The notes under the pieces: model-generated | Seen by the model: the letters and a program-made list of their open reading frames with translations, nothing else | Database searches by the model: none | What the model was told of the DNA's origin: nothing | Assembly (NCBI GenBank): GCA_018812485.1 | Contig: JAHJDO010000103.1 | Coordinates: 3,929 to 67,928 of the forward strand | Origin: a bacterium | Lineage (GTDB): Bacteria > JAHJDO01 | Direction: 5' to 3' | DNA length: 64,000 nt | Made by a program: the position numbers and the translations under genes | Shown: positions 46,380 to 55,895 of the stretch, one piece after another | Layout of the letters: every line of letters begins with the position of its first letter | Numbering within the stretch: position 1 is the stretch's first letter

Positions 46380-47552
46380 CTATATTTTTAATTTCCCAAT
46401 TTCGGGTAATTTCCCTACTAAAGGTCTTGCATATGCAAGAAACTTTTCCGTTACGTTGTTGCCTTTCTCGTTCATGTAGTCTCTGGGCATGCCTCGTGTA
46501 TTCTTAGCAACAGAATGAAGAGGGGTTATGAAAAGCCCGCTTCCTTTTATTGCAACACTTCCGTCTTTGAGCTCGCTTTTCACAGCACTCTTTACTGCAA
46601 ATTCTCCAATACGTCTTGCTTCTTCTGCATCCGATTCAGAAACAATACCGGGAAAACATCTTTGTAAATAACCAAATGTATCAGCTCTAGCTCTAAGCTT
46701 GCCGGGAATGTTTTGTTTAATAAGCTCTATCAGCATATCTCCAAGTCCTCCGGAGCCGCTCAATTGTACATTTCCATGAGCATCCTTAACTCCGGATTGA
46801 AAAATCGGGTTGCCTTTGTCATCACTTATTCCTTCAGAAGCGGCTATCTGGCATCGTCCCAGTCTGTTATAAACATCTTTAACATCCTTGATAAACTTAT
46901 CTTTTGAGAATGGAATTTCAGGCACATAGATCAGATGCGGGCCATCATTCTCATGTTGTCTGCCAAGAGCAGAAGCGGCAGTTAAAAATCCTGCATGTCT
47001 CCCCATAATAATGTTAACTTTAATTCCAGGGATAGCACCGTTATCAAGATTATCACCCATTATTGCCATTGCAACAAATTTTGCCGCAGAACCATAACCT
47101 GGACAGTGGTCAGTAACAAGCAAGTCATTATCAATAGTCTTTGGTATATGGTAAGACGTTAAATCATAGCCTGATTTGTTTGCAAGTTGATTTATAATAT
47201 CTGCTGTTTCTGCTGAATCATTACCTCCAATATAAAAGAAATATCTGATATTATTCTTCTTGAATATCTTAAATATTTTTTCACATTCCTCTTCAGTAGG
47301 TTTTTTCCTAACAGAACCAAGTGCAGCAGATGGTGTGTTGGCTACTTTTTCAAGAACTGAGGAGTCCTGTGCCCCCAAATCAATAAAATTCTCATCAAGT
47401 ATTCCTTTTATGCCATGCCATGCACCATAAAATTTTTGAATTTCCGGATGTTTGCCTGCTTCTATTATTGCACCAACTAAGCTCTGATTAATAACACACG
47501 TTGGCCCGCCTGATTGGCCTATAACAGCGTTTCCACATGCTTTTGTACTCAT
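46380..47552 (-). CDS. 6-phosphofructokinase, probably PPi-dependent
   Basis: QSGGPT, IGGNDS (Asp at the donor-specificity position), PKTIDND, MGRHAG. Confidence 0.9.
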   Translation of the reverse strand: MSTKACGNAVIGQSGGPTCVINQSLVGAIIEAGKHPEIQKFYGAWHGIKGILDENFIDLGAQDSSVLEKVANTPSAALGSVRKKPTEEECEKIFKIFKKNNIRYFFYIGGNDSAETADIINQLANKSGYDLTSYHIPKTIDNDLLVTDHCPGYGSAAKFVAMAIMGDNLDNGAIPGIKVNIIMGRHAGFLTAASALGRQHENDGPHLIYVPEIPFSKDKFIKDVKDVYNRLGRCQIAASEGISDDKGNPIFQSGVKDAHGNVQLSGSGGLGDMLIELIKQNIPGKLRARADTFGYLQRCFPGIVSESDAEEARRIGEFAVKSAVKSELKDGSVAIKGSGLFITPLHSVAKNTRGMPRDYMNEKGNNVTEKFLAYARPLVGKLPEIGKLKI

Positions 47553-47564
47553 TTAAAATCCTCC

Positions 47565-49565
47565 TTATCTTTTTATTATTTCCAATGCTTTCTTATACAC
47601 ATTATCAGCAGTAAACCCGAACTTTTCTGCTAATATTTCATATGGCGCAGAAGCTCCAAATTCATCAATTCCGAGCACTTTTCCATCTAATCCTGCATAT
47701 TTGCACCATCCTGCAGTTGAGCCGGCTTCAACTACCAATCTCTGCCTGCATAATGATGGAATAACTTTTTCAATATATGATCCAGACTGTGCTTCAAATA
47801 TTTCGACACTTGGTATATTCACAAGTCTCGCATTATGTCCTTCCTTATTCAGTCGCTCTGTTGCTTCCATACAAATACTGACTTCAGAGCCAGAAGCAAT
47901 AATAACAAGTTCTGGTACTCTGGACTTGCTATCTATTAGCACATACGCCCCTTTAGAAAGGTTTTTTGCTGATGGATATTTATTCCTGTCAATTACAGGA
48001 ATTTTTTGTCTTGTCAGGAGAATAGCAGTTGGCCCATTTTTGTTTTTAAGAGCCTCTATCCATGCAGCAGGTGTCTCAGAGGCGTCAGCCGGTCTTATTA
48101 CTGTTAAGTTGGGTATCAAACGAAGTGAAGCTGCTTGCTCAACGGGTTCATGAGTTGGACCGTCTTCTCCAACAAAAATACTGTCATGTGTAAAAACATA
48201 GATTACCTGCTGCTTCATAATAGCTGCAAGCCGTATAGAAGGTCTCATATAGTCTGAGAAGACAAAAAAAGTAGAGCCATATGGAATAATGCCACCAAAA
48301 AGAGACATGCCATTCAATACTCCGCCCATGCAGTGTTCTCTTATACCAAAATGCATGTTGCGTCCACTGAATTTCACTCTGTTTATAGATTCGTATTTTT
48401 TCAGGATTGTCTTTGTAGACGGAGAAAGATCTGCTGAACCGCCGATAAGAAAAGGAACTTTTTCTGCAATAGCCTGCATTACTTCACCAGCAGCATTTCG
48501 TGTTGCAACCGGTTTGTTTTCAAAGCTTGGTAAAGTGTCTGCTATATTTTCTGGGATTTCTTTATTCAGCCAGTTGTTCAGAGCCTCTGCTTTTTGTGGA
48601 TATTTTGTTTTGTATTCTTCCAGCTTGTTTTCCCAGTCTTTATAGATTAAAAGATTTTTTTCATTACATTTTCCAAAGATTTCCTTTGTTTCCCCTGGTA
48701 TATAAAATGAAGGTTCAAGAGGCCAGCCAATGTTTTCCTTTGTCAGTTTTACTTCTTCTTCTCCTAAAGGCTCGCCGTGTGCAGATGCCGAGTCCTGTTT
48801 ATTAGGAGATCCTTTTGCGATATTAGTTCTGCCTATAATTAAGGTTGGCTTATTTTTTTCTTTTTGTCCTGATTCAATCGCCTCTGCAATTTCCCGAAGA
48901 TTATACGGGTCAATTTTTATTACTTGCCAGTCATATGCTTCAAAGCGTTTTCCTACATCTTCACTAAAGGTAAGAGAAGTATCTCCTTCAATAGTAATGT
49001 GATTGTCATCATAGAAGTATATAATATTTCCGAGTCCAAGATGCCCTGCAAAAGACGCTGCTTCTGCGCTAATACCTTCCATTAGATCCCCATCGGTTAC
49101 TATGCCGTAAACATAGGAATCAAAGAGTTTAATATGGTCTGTATTAAACCTGTTTTCAAAGATTTTTGCCGATATTGCCATACCAACTCCATTTGCAAAT
49201 CCCTGCCCAAGAGGACCGGTTGTTGTCTCAACTCCTGGTGTCATCCCATATTCAGGATGTCCCGGAGTCTTACTATCCCACTGCCTGAAATTTTTAAGTT
49301 CTTCAAGTGATAAGTCAAACCCGCTCAAATGAAGCAATGAGTAAAGAAGCATTGAACCATGTCCGCCGGAAAGAACAAATCTATCTCTATTTATCCACGT
49401 AATATCTTTGGGATTATATCTTAAAAATCTGGTCCAGACTACATATGCATAATCCGCAACTCCCATTGGAAGCCCAGGGTGCCCTGAATTGGCTTTTTGT
49501 ACAGCATCTACTGAGAGCATTTTTATTGTATTTATTGAGAGAGTATCTTTTTTATTAAATTGCAT
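47565..49565 (-). CDS. tkt: Transketolase
   Basis: SGHPG, NRDRFVLS.GH, TTGPLGQG, DGDLMEG, GEDGPTH. Confidence 0.97.
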   Translation of the reverse strand: MQFNKKDTLSINTIKMLSVDAVQKANSGHPGLPMGVADYAYVVWTRFLRYNPKDITWINRDRFVLSGGHGSMLLYSLLHLSGFDLSLEELKNFRQWDSKTPGHPEYGMTPGVETTTGPLGQGFANGVGMAISAKIFENRFNTDHIKLFDSYVYGIVTDGDLMEGISAEAASFAGHLGLGNIIYFYDDNHITIEGDTSLTFSEDVGKRFEAYDWQVIKIDPYNLREIAEAIESGQKEKNKPTLIIGRTNIAKGSPNKQDSASAHGEPLGEEEVKLTKENIGWPLEPSFYIPGETKEIFGKCNEKNLLIYKDWENKLEEYKTKYPQKAEALNNWLNKEIPENIADTLPSFENKPVATRNAAGEVMQAIAEKVPFLIGGSADLSPSTKTILKKYESINRVKFSGRNMHFGIREHCMGGVLNGMSLFGGIIPYGSTFFVFSDYMRPSIRLAAIMKQQVIYVFTHDSIFVGEDGPTHEPVEQAASLRLIPNLTVIRPADASETPAAWIEALKNKNGPTAILLTRQKIPVIDRNKYPSAKNLSKGAYVLIDSKSRVPELVIIASGSEVSICMEATERLNKEGHNARLVNIPSVEIFEAQSGSYIEKVIPSLCRQRLVVEAGSTAGWCKYAGLDGKVLGIDEFGASAPYEILAEKFGFTADNVYKKALEIIKR

Positions 49566-49664
49566 TTCTGTCTCCTCGATTTTTGTGTCTAATTGTCTAA
49601 TTTATAGTGTGTGGTTTTTTATCATAAAAAAAATTTCATGTCAAGAAAATCGCACCCGCTTGAA

Positions 49665-50393
49665 TCACTTCTCGACTTTTTCCAAGTCCTGTTTTGGCTC
49701 GCGATGAAAGTCACATGTCAAATAATCCAAACTCATGGGAAACGCCAGTTCTAAGGTCGAAATAAACTGCACTCCCACACGCACTTGCTTAGGTTGACAT
49801 TCCAGTAAATGTCCACCCCGTTGCCGATCAGATGAAAGAAAATGGAGATGCAGGCCAGGTACACTCAACGAACTAATAAATGAAGGCGTAAAAAACCCTA
49901 CCAAGGTGCCCACAATGTCTCTAAAAGTAAAAACCTGTTGATCCTTGGCGACTTCCACCAAAGGCCGATAATTCTCCTGCTTCGGCACTGAACGGAGCCG
50001 CATATAGGAAAATCGTCCTTCAACCCGAATGGCATAAATAATATTGGACGATGGCAATAGTCTATATAGCCATTCTTGAAATTCAGCATAAGACAATTCT
50101 GTTTCAACCTTATCATGACTCAAAGGCTTATAAAAAGTGACACAGGCAAACGGCGTCGATTCTTGTTCGTTAACTTTACGGACGAATCCTTCGGCAGTGA
50201 TTTGATAAATCTCCCCGTCGAGCATAACCATCTCGCCATCCAACTTGTCAAAGGTGCCTAAACCAAAATCACCGTACTGTTTTATCTGCGTAAAAGGAAT
50301 TTTTTGTTCATAGAGTCCTTCAACGAGTGCATTCACAGGAGCGCACAGGTAAACACGACTCGTGTCAGGTGTAGCCTGTTCTTTTTTCTTCAT
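49665..50393 (-). CDS. budA: Alpha-acetolactate decarboxylase
   Basis: GDFGLGTF..LDGEM, PFA, GTLVGF, GLHLHF..D...GGHLL Zn ligands. Confidence 0.9.
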   Translation of the reverse strand: MKKKEQATPDTSRVYLCAPVNALVEGLYEQKIPFTQIKQYGDFGLGTFDKLDGEMVMLDGEIYQITAEGFVRKVNEQESTPFACVTFYKPLSHDKVETELSYAEFQEWLYRLLPSSNIIYAIRVEGRFSYMRLRSVPKQENYRPLVEVAKDQQVFTFRDIVGTLVGFFTPSFISSLSVPGLHLHFLSSDRQRGGHLLECQPKQVRVGVQFISTLELAFPMSLDYLTCDFHREPKQDLEKVEK

Positions 50394-50415
50394 TATCCTC
50401 TCCTAATTTTTTTGC

Positions 50416-50964
50416 TCATTTCCCTTTGGATCCGTAACCACTGCCGATGGCAGAAAAGGGGAGGTCTAGTTCCAGTTTCGGCACCAGCTTGGCGATCCAG
50501 GCGGTAAAGGTGTTGCTGTTGGGACCTGGAAAGGCCTTGTATTTCGTTTTCCATGGGTAAGCACGGGCAGCCTTGTCGACGGCATCAATCAGTTCGTCTA
50601 CTCCCGTTCCTCTATGCTCTTTGAGAATCCGTGGTTTCTCGCCATACCAGTAGCGGTCGGGGACGTCCTGGGTAATCCTCAGGACCGGCTGGCCGTGATA
50701 ACCGCGCCAACCGACCACGTCATACACCGTGTAAGAGGCTTCGCCGGTCCGCTTGGCTGCAATCCAGGTGTGAATGGCAAACCAGCCACGCCAGCCCCAG
50801 GCCTTGGCACCGTAGACGTGAAGAACCGCTTCTTTTGTCACGGCAGGGTCGGGTGCGATCCCAGCAGGTTCGCGGCTGGCGGTGCGCCAGTCTTTACCAG
50901 AAGAACAGTTCGACAAAATCAATCCCATCAGGACAAAAGCCGGCAGTAGTTTCAAGATTTTCAT
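50416..50964 (-). CDS. DUF3750-family probable lipoprotein
   Basis: DWRTASR, WRGWFAIHTW, YDVVGW, YP...Y.AFPGPNSNTF; lipobox-like LSNC; start probably ATG 50964. Confidence 0.82.
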   Translation of the reverse strand: MKILKLLPAFVLMGLILSNCSSGKDWRTASREPAGIAPDPAVTKEAVLHVYGAKAWGWRGWFAIHTWIAAKRTGEASYTVYDVVGWRGYHGQPVLRITQDVPDRYWYGEKPRILKEHRGTGVDELIDAVDKAARAYPWKTKYKAFPGPNSNTFTAWIAKLVPKLELDLPFSAIGSGYGSKGK

Positions 50965-50975
50965 AAATATATGCT

Positions 50976-52064
50976 TCACGAAATCACCTTGCAAATCTTA
51001 GCAATAAGCAGCTCTAATGCCAGTTTTTGGGGAACTTTACCTGTCTTTATAGCAACCTCTGTTTCAAACAATTTCTTAATATCTTCCATCAGCTCTTCTT
51101 TTTGAAATTTTAGACTTTGCTGAGCTATTCTGAATATGAGGTAAGGATGCTGCCCAGAGAGCTTTTTGGAAGCAGAACTATATATCTTCTGATCATAGTA
51201 TCCTTTTCTGACTATATCAAGAGGAATGTCATCTTTTTCAATAAGTATCTTAATCTGCAATAACAGCCTGATTCTTTTTGTCAGCATAGGCACAATGCTA
51301 TAGCTAGTGTTTTGAGTACGAGAGAATTCCTCAAGAAGTTTTAAGGCTCTTGGAAGGTTTTTCTCTGCAACTGCATCAGACATAGCAAATGATGCATATT
51401 CTATTGATTCAGGGACAAGTATATTTATATCATCCTCTGTAATATTATCTTTGCCATTGCAATAAAGTTCTAATTTGTCGAGTTCATTTATTATTTGCCT
51501 GAGATTTACTCCGGTGAAAGACAGTAGATATTCAAAGGCAATTGGAGAGAGCTGTTTAGCGCTCTTCTTTAGTTTTAGCTGTACAAATTCATATAGTTGG
51601 TTTCTGTCTGATTTTTTGTTTTCCTTGAAAGAGGAAAATTCAATTACTTCTCCAATTTTTTTATCCGCCTGTTCAGCAGTTAAAATTACATAGGTATTAG
51701 CGGGTATGTCATGTTCTATCGTTTCATCAAATCCTTCAGAATTTTTCCCGAGTAGATTTTCACAATCTTTAATCCAGACAACACGTTTAAGTCCGAGTAA
51801 AGAAGGAGTCTTTATTGCAGATATAATGCTCTTTATATCTGTGTCTTTCGCATGTACTATTTCCAATCCAAACTCTTTTTTATCTCCAGGTAATAGTATG
51901 TTGATAATCTTCTTGGCAGTGTCCTCTACCAGATAACTCTCTCCGCCAAAAATCAGGAATAAATTAGGGGGATCTCCGTTTTTTATTTTTTTGATCAGAT
52001 TGGATTGTTTACTTAGTCTGTTTTCTAACACTTTCAACCCTTCTGGTATATGAAAAAATTTCAT
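50976..52064 (-). CDS. holA: DNA polymerase III subunit delta
   Basis: FLIFGGESYL, TPSLLG..RVV, NELDKLELY, C-terminal IKTG..LELL; true start may be somewhat downstream. Confidence 0.85.
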   Translation of the reverse strand: MKFFHIPEGLKVLENRLSKQSNLIKKIKNGDPPNLFLIFGGESYLVEDTAKKIINILLPGDKKEFGLEIVHAKDTDIKSIISAIKTPSLLGLKRVVWIKDCENLLGKNSEGFDETIEHDIPANTYVILTAEQADKKIGEVIEFSSFKENKKSDRNQLYEFVQLKLKKSAKQLSPIAFEYLLSFTGVNLRQIINELDKLELYCNGKDNITEDDINILVPESIEYASFAMSDAVAEKNLPRALKLLEEFSRTQNTSYSIVPMLTKRIRLLLQIKILIEKDDIPLDIVRKGYYDQKIYSSASKKLSGQHPYLIFRIAQQSLKFQKEELMEDIKKLFETEVAIKTGKVPQKLALELLIAKICKVIS

Positions 52065-52971
52065 ACATCACATGACATGCAAGATAATGCTCTTTACCTA
52101 TCTGTTTTAACTCAGGAACCTGGCTTTTACATCTATTTTTGGCAATTTTGCATCTCGGATAAAAGCTGCATCCTGAAGATGGCGGTAATGAACTTGATGT
52201 TTCCTCTGCAGGTGCCCCGCGAAGCAAAGTATTTGTATAAGGATGCAGCGGCCTTTTGAATATTTCATCGCACGGACCTTGTTCCACTATTTTACCAAGA
52301 TACATTACGCACACACGATGACTTATGTACTTGATTATGTTTAAGTCATGTGAAATAAAGAGCATAGAAAGGCTGAAGTCAGACTGTAGTTGACTCAGCA
52401 GATTTAGTATTTGTGCCTGTATTGAGACATCCAGAGATGAAGTCGGCTCATCAGCAATTATAAGCTCAGAGTTTGCTGCTAAAGCTCTGGCTATGCCAAC
52501 ACGCTGTTTCTGCCCTCCGCTTAGTTGATGGGGATATTTATTTAACATTTTTATGTCTAATCCAACCATCTTTATAAGTCTTTTAATTTCTGGCAACATA
52601 TTCTTTTTACTTAATGACCTATTTATTAGTAATGGCTCGCGAAGTGTCTGGTTTATGTTCATTCTTGGATTTAGAGAGTTTACAGGGTCCTGAAATATCA
52701 GTTGCGGGTTAACGCTTTTATCTCCAAGATATTCTATAGTTCCTTTATCAGGCGGAATAAGCCCTGTTATTAGCTTTCCAACGGTGCTTTTACCGCACCC
52801 GCTTTCTCCAACAAGTCCAAGTATTTCTCCTCGCCCAATATAAAAACTCACACCATCAACAGCTTTTACTACATATGAATGCTTAGCCCAAAGACTTGTT
52901 TTCCGCGAGAAATATTTCTCTACATCCTTTATAACTAAAATTTCTTGTTTCATCTTTATCTCTTCAAACAT
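52009..52971 (-). CDS. Oligopeptide/dipeptide ABC ATPase (OppF/DppF type)
   Basis: GESGCGKS, LSGGQKQR, ADEP, HPYT, GCSFYPRC. Confidence 0.92.
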   Translation of the reverse strand: MFEEIKMKQEILVIKDVEKYFSRKTSLWAKHSYVVKAVDGVSFYIGRGEILGLVGESGCGKSTVGKLITGLIPPDKGTIEYLGDKSVNPQLIFQDPVNSLNPRMNINQTLREPLLINRSLSKKNMLPEIKRLIKMVGLDIKMLNKYPHQLSGGQKQRVGIARALAANSELIIADEPTSSLDVSIQAQILNLLSQLQSDFSLSMLFISHDLNIIKYISHRVCVMYLGKIVEQGPCDEIFKRPLHPYTNTLLRGAPAEETSSSLPPSSGCSFYPRCKIAKNRCKSQVPELKQIGKEHYLACHVMYEIFSYTRRVESVRKQTK

Positions 52972-53915
52972 CTAACAAAATGTTGTTTCTCAACTTCAAA
53001 CAATCCGGGTTTGGCTTTTTTGCATATTCTATCAGCTTCTCTGCATCTTGGATGAAACCTGCATCCTGTGGGAAATTCAGCCGGATTTGGCACAGAGCCC
53101 GGAATAACTTCCAGTTTACCTTTTTCTTTTTTTAAGTTTGGCACAGACTTTAGAAGAGCTTCTGTATAAGGATGTAGAGGGCAGGCAAAAATTTGTTTTA
53201 CATCTGCCTCTTCTACAATTTCTCCTCCATACATTACTACAACTCGCTGGGCAACTTGAGCCACTATGCTCAAATCATGAGTTATTAATAAAATTGACAT
53301 ATTGAGTTTCCTCTGCAGAGTTTTTAGCAGGGAAAGTATTTGTGCCTGAATAGTAACATCCAGAGCAGTTGTTGGTTCGTCTGCGATCAGGAGCTGTGGC
53401 TTTGTAATTAGAGCCATAGCAATCATTACTCTCTGCTGCATACCTCCGCTGAGTTGATGCGGGTATGTATTAAATATTCTTTGCTGATCCGGGAGCCCGA
53501 CAGTTTTTAAGATATCAATTGTGTCTCTGTATGCCTGAGCTTTCGGAGTAGATTTGTGTGTGAAGATAGCTTCCAGAATTTGATTTCCAATAGTAAGAGT
53601 TGGATTAAGGCATGAGAGAGGTTCTTGAAATATCATGGATATGTTATTGCCTCTTATTTTTCTCAACTGCTTATTCCCTAATTCCAGAAGATCTGTATCA
53701 TTGAAGTTTATCTTTCCTCCTACAATCTTTCCTGGGGGAGAGATGAGCTTTAGTATTGAGAGAGCAGTTGTACTCTTGCCGCATCCACTCTCACCAACAA
53801 TCGCTACAATCTCTTTGGCCCGAATAGAAAAGCTTACATCATCAACAGCTTTAAGAATCTGTTCTTCCATGTAAAAATATGTCTTTAGATTTTGAATATC
53901 CAGTAAATTCTTCAT
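52956..53915 (-). CDS. Oligopeptide/dipeptide ABC ATPase (OppD/DppD type)
   Basis: GESGCGKS, LSGGMQQRVMIA, DEPTTALDV, GCRFHPRC. Confidence 0.93.
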   Translation of the reverse strand: MKNLLDIQNLKTYFYMEEQILKAVDDVSFSIRAKEIVAIVGESGCGKSTTALSILKLISPPGKIVGGKINFNDTDLLELGNKQLRKIRGNNISMIFQEPLSCLNPTLTIGNQILEAIFTHKSTPKAQAYRDTIDILKTVGLPDQQRIFNTYPHQLSGGMQQRVMIAMALITKPQLLIADEPTTALDVTIQAQILSLLKTLQRKLNMSILLITHDLSIVAQVAQRVVVMYGGEIVEEADVKQIFACPLHPYTEALLKSVPNLKKEKGKLEVIPGSVPNPAEFPTGCRFHPRCREADRICKKAKPGLFEVEKQHFVRCLKR

Positions 53916-53919
53916 AAAA

Positions 53920-54759
53920 CTATGATTTGTTTTGTATAATAGTGACTACTTCCTTTATGCTCTCAGGTGATGTTGATGCTCCAGCGCTTATTCCAATCTT
54001 CTCCTTGTCCTGCAGCCATATAAAGTTTATATCATGGGCTGTCTCTATATGATAGGTTGTTACACCTGTTTCTTTGCTGACTTCAACTAATCGTTTTGTG
54101 TTTGCACTGTTATAGCCCCCAATCACTATCATCACATCAGAGCGTTTTGCCAGCTTCTTGGCAGCGTTTTGTTTTATTATGGTGGTTTCACATATTGTAT
54201 TGTATATTCTTAATTCATTAGAGTAGGGAAGCACAGCTAAGGATATCTGTCTAAGGTTCCATATCCCCTGGGTTGTCTGTGAAACTATACCGATTTTTTT
54301 CTCCCTCTCGAGTCTTTTAATATCAATTTCAAATTTGTCCTCAACAACCTGAAAGTTGGTTCCACAGAAACCTACGATGCCTTTTGTTTCAGCATGATTT
54401 TTGTCTCCTATAATGACGATATGGTATTTATCTTTCTTTAGCTGTTCAGCATATTTCTGCGCTTTCCTGACTAACGGACATGTAGCGTCAATAATTTTCA
54501 GACCTTTTTTATAGGCTTTTTTAATCAGTTCTGGTTCAAGTCCATGTGCAGGGATGACTAAAATCCCTTCTTTTATGATTGAAATATCTTTAACTATTTT
54601 TAGCCCTCTAGCCATGAGATTCTTTACTACCTGCGGGTTATGAATTATTGGGCCCATGCAGTAAATATTCTTTTCTTTCTTAAGGGTCTGTTCAACTATT
54701 TTAATAGCTCTTTTTACACCAAAACAGAACCCAGAATGGTTTGCTACTTCAATTTTCAT
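53920..54759 (-). CDS. ispH: 4-hydroxy-3-methylbut-2-enyl diphosphate reductase
   Basis: GFCFGVKRA, IHN, AHG, DATCP, TIC, SANT, AGASTS; start at ATG 54759 or TTG 54774. Confidence 0.96.
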   Translation of the reverse strand: MKIEVANHSGFCFGVKRAIKIVEQTLKKEKNIYCMGPIIHNPQVVKNLMARGLKIVKDISIIKEGILVIPAHGLEPELIKKAYKKGLKIIDATCPLVRKAQKYAEQLKKDKYHIVIIGDKNHAETKGIVGFCGTNFQVVEDKFEIDIKRLEREKKIGIVSQTTQGIWNLRQISLAVLPYSNELRIYNTICETTIIKQNAAKKLAKRSDVMIVIGGYNSANTKRLVEVSKETGVTTYHIETAHDINFIWLQDKEKIGISAGASTSPESIKEVVTIIQNKS

Positions 54760-54831
54760 TTTAATATCTTTCAAATAAACTGTATTATATCAGAATAAGT
54801 TCTAAAGTGTAAAATTTGGAGGGACAAAATT

Positions 54832-55221
54832 ATGAAGCTTGAGGATAATCATAAGTGTTTTGTATGCGGCAAGAAAAACTCCGACGGATTAAAGATTGAT
54901 TTCAAGGTTTCAGATAATAAGATTCAGGCAGAGTTTGTCCCTCGCAGTTCTCTTCAAGGTTATACAAACATAGTACATGGCGGTATTATAAGCATGCTTC
55001 TGGATGAGGCAATGGGGAAGCTGGCTTTTGAACTCGGAATTAATTGTCTTACAGCTGAAATCAATGTGAGATTTAAAAATCCGGCTTATGTAGGCAAGAA
55101 GTATGTTCTAACAGGCGAACTTCTGAAAAAAACTCATAGGATTGTATTTGCAAAAGCAAAAATACAGGATGAGTCAGACTTGCTTATCGCTGAAGCAACA
55201 GGCAAGCTTATGGTTGTTTAG
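54832..55221 (+). CDS. PaaI-family hotdog thioesterase
   Basis: CFVCG..N..GL, HGGIISMLLDE. Confidence 0.9.
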   Translation: MKLEDNHKCFVCGKKNSDGLKIDFKVSDNKIQAEFVPRSSLQGYTNIVHGGIISMLLDEAMGKLAFELGINCLTAEINVRFKNPAYVGKKYVLTGELLKKTHRIVFAKAKIQDESDLLIAEATGKLMVV

Positions 55222-55236
55222 GAATCAGAAAATTTC

Positions 55237-55264
55237 TTGCCATCAATATAAAATTTTGTATAAT
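55237..55264 (+). promoter_or_regulatory. Sigma70-type promoter of tRNA
   Basis: TTGCCA-16 bp-TATAAT. Confidence 0.6.
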
Positions 55265-55291
55265 ACACACTGTTCTGTTTTAAACTGAACA

Positions 55292-55369
<78 letters not shown>

Positions 55370-55385
55370 CCTGCTTTACCGGGAT

Positions 55386-55886
55386 TTATCTAAGTGCAAT
55401 CGGTTTTCTGAGAATTTCAGACATTATAATGCCTGTTCTAGCGTCAGATATCCCCAATGATAATGCAGATATCTCCTCTTCTGATTCCCAGAAATTGTCT
55501 TCAAAATTAACCGCAGGAACTTTTTCTACTTTCTCCTCAACAGGCTTTTTAAATTCTTCTTCATGGATTTCTTCTATATTATCTTCAACAAATTCAGGTT
55601 GAAGATAGTCCTCTTCAGGTGCCTGTTCAAACAGCCTATTAATGGATTCCTGAGATTCCTCTTCTTTTACAAGATTGAGTTCCTTGAGAAATCCTCTAAC
55701 TGCGTCCTGATTTGCCTCATAAACAGGCTCTTTTGGTGCTTGATGAGTTTCCTCAGCGGGCTTTCTTTGAGGGCTATAAGATGTGCGGCTCTGGGTATTT
55801 TTCATCTCAGAGAATTTCCTTGCTATCTTTATAACCCAAACGCCAAAGAATATTACAAAGAATAGTATCTTGATTATTGAGCCCAT
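55386..55886 (-). CDS. Membrane-anchored low-complexity protein (YqfB-like position after floA)
   Basis: N-terminal TM helix, acidic linker, C-terminal GIIMSEILRKPIALR. Confidence 0.75.
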   Translation of the reverse strand: MGSIIKILFFVIFFGVWVIKIARKFSEMKNTQSRTSYSPQRKPAEETHQAPKEPVYEANQDAVRGFLKELNLVKEEESQESINRLFEQAPEEDYLQPEFVEDNIEEIHEEEFKKPVEEKVEKVPAVNFEDNFWESEEEISALSLGISDARTGIIMSEILRKPIALR

Positions 55887-55895
55887 GTTATCACC

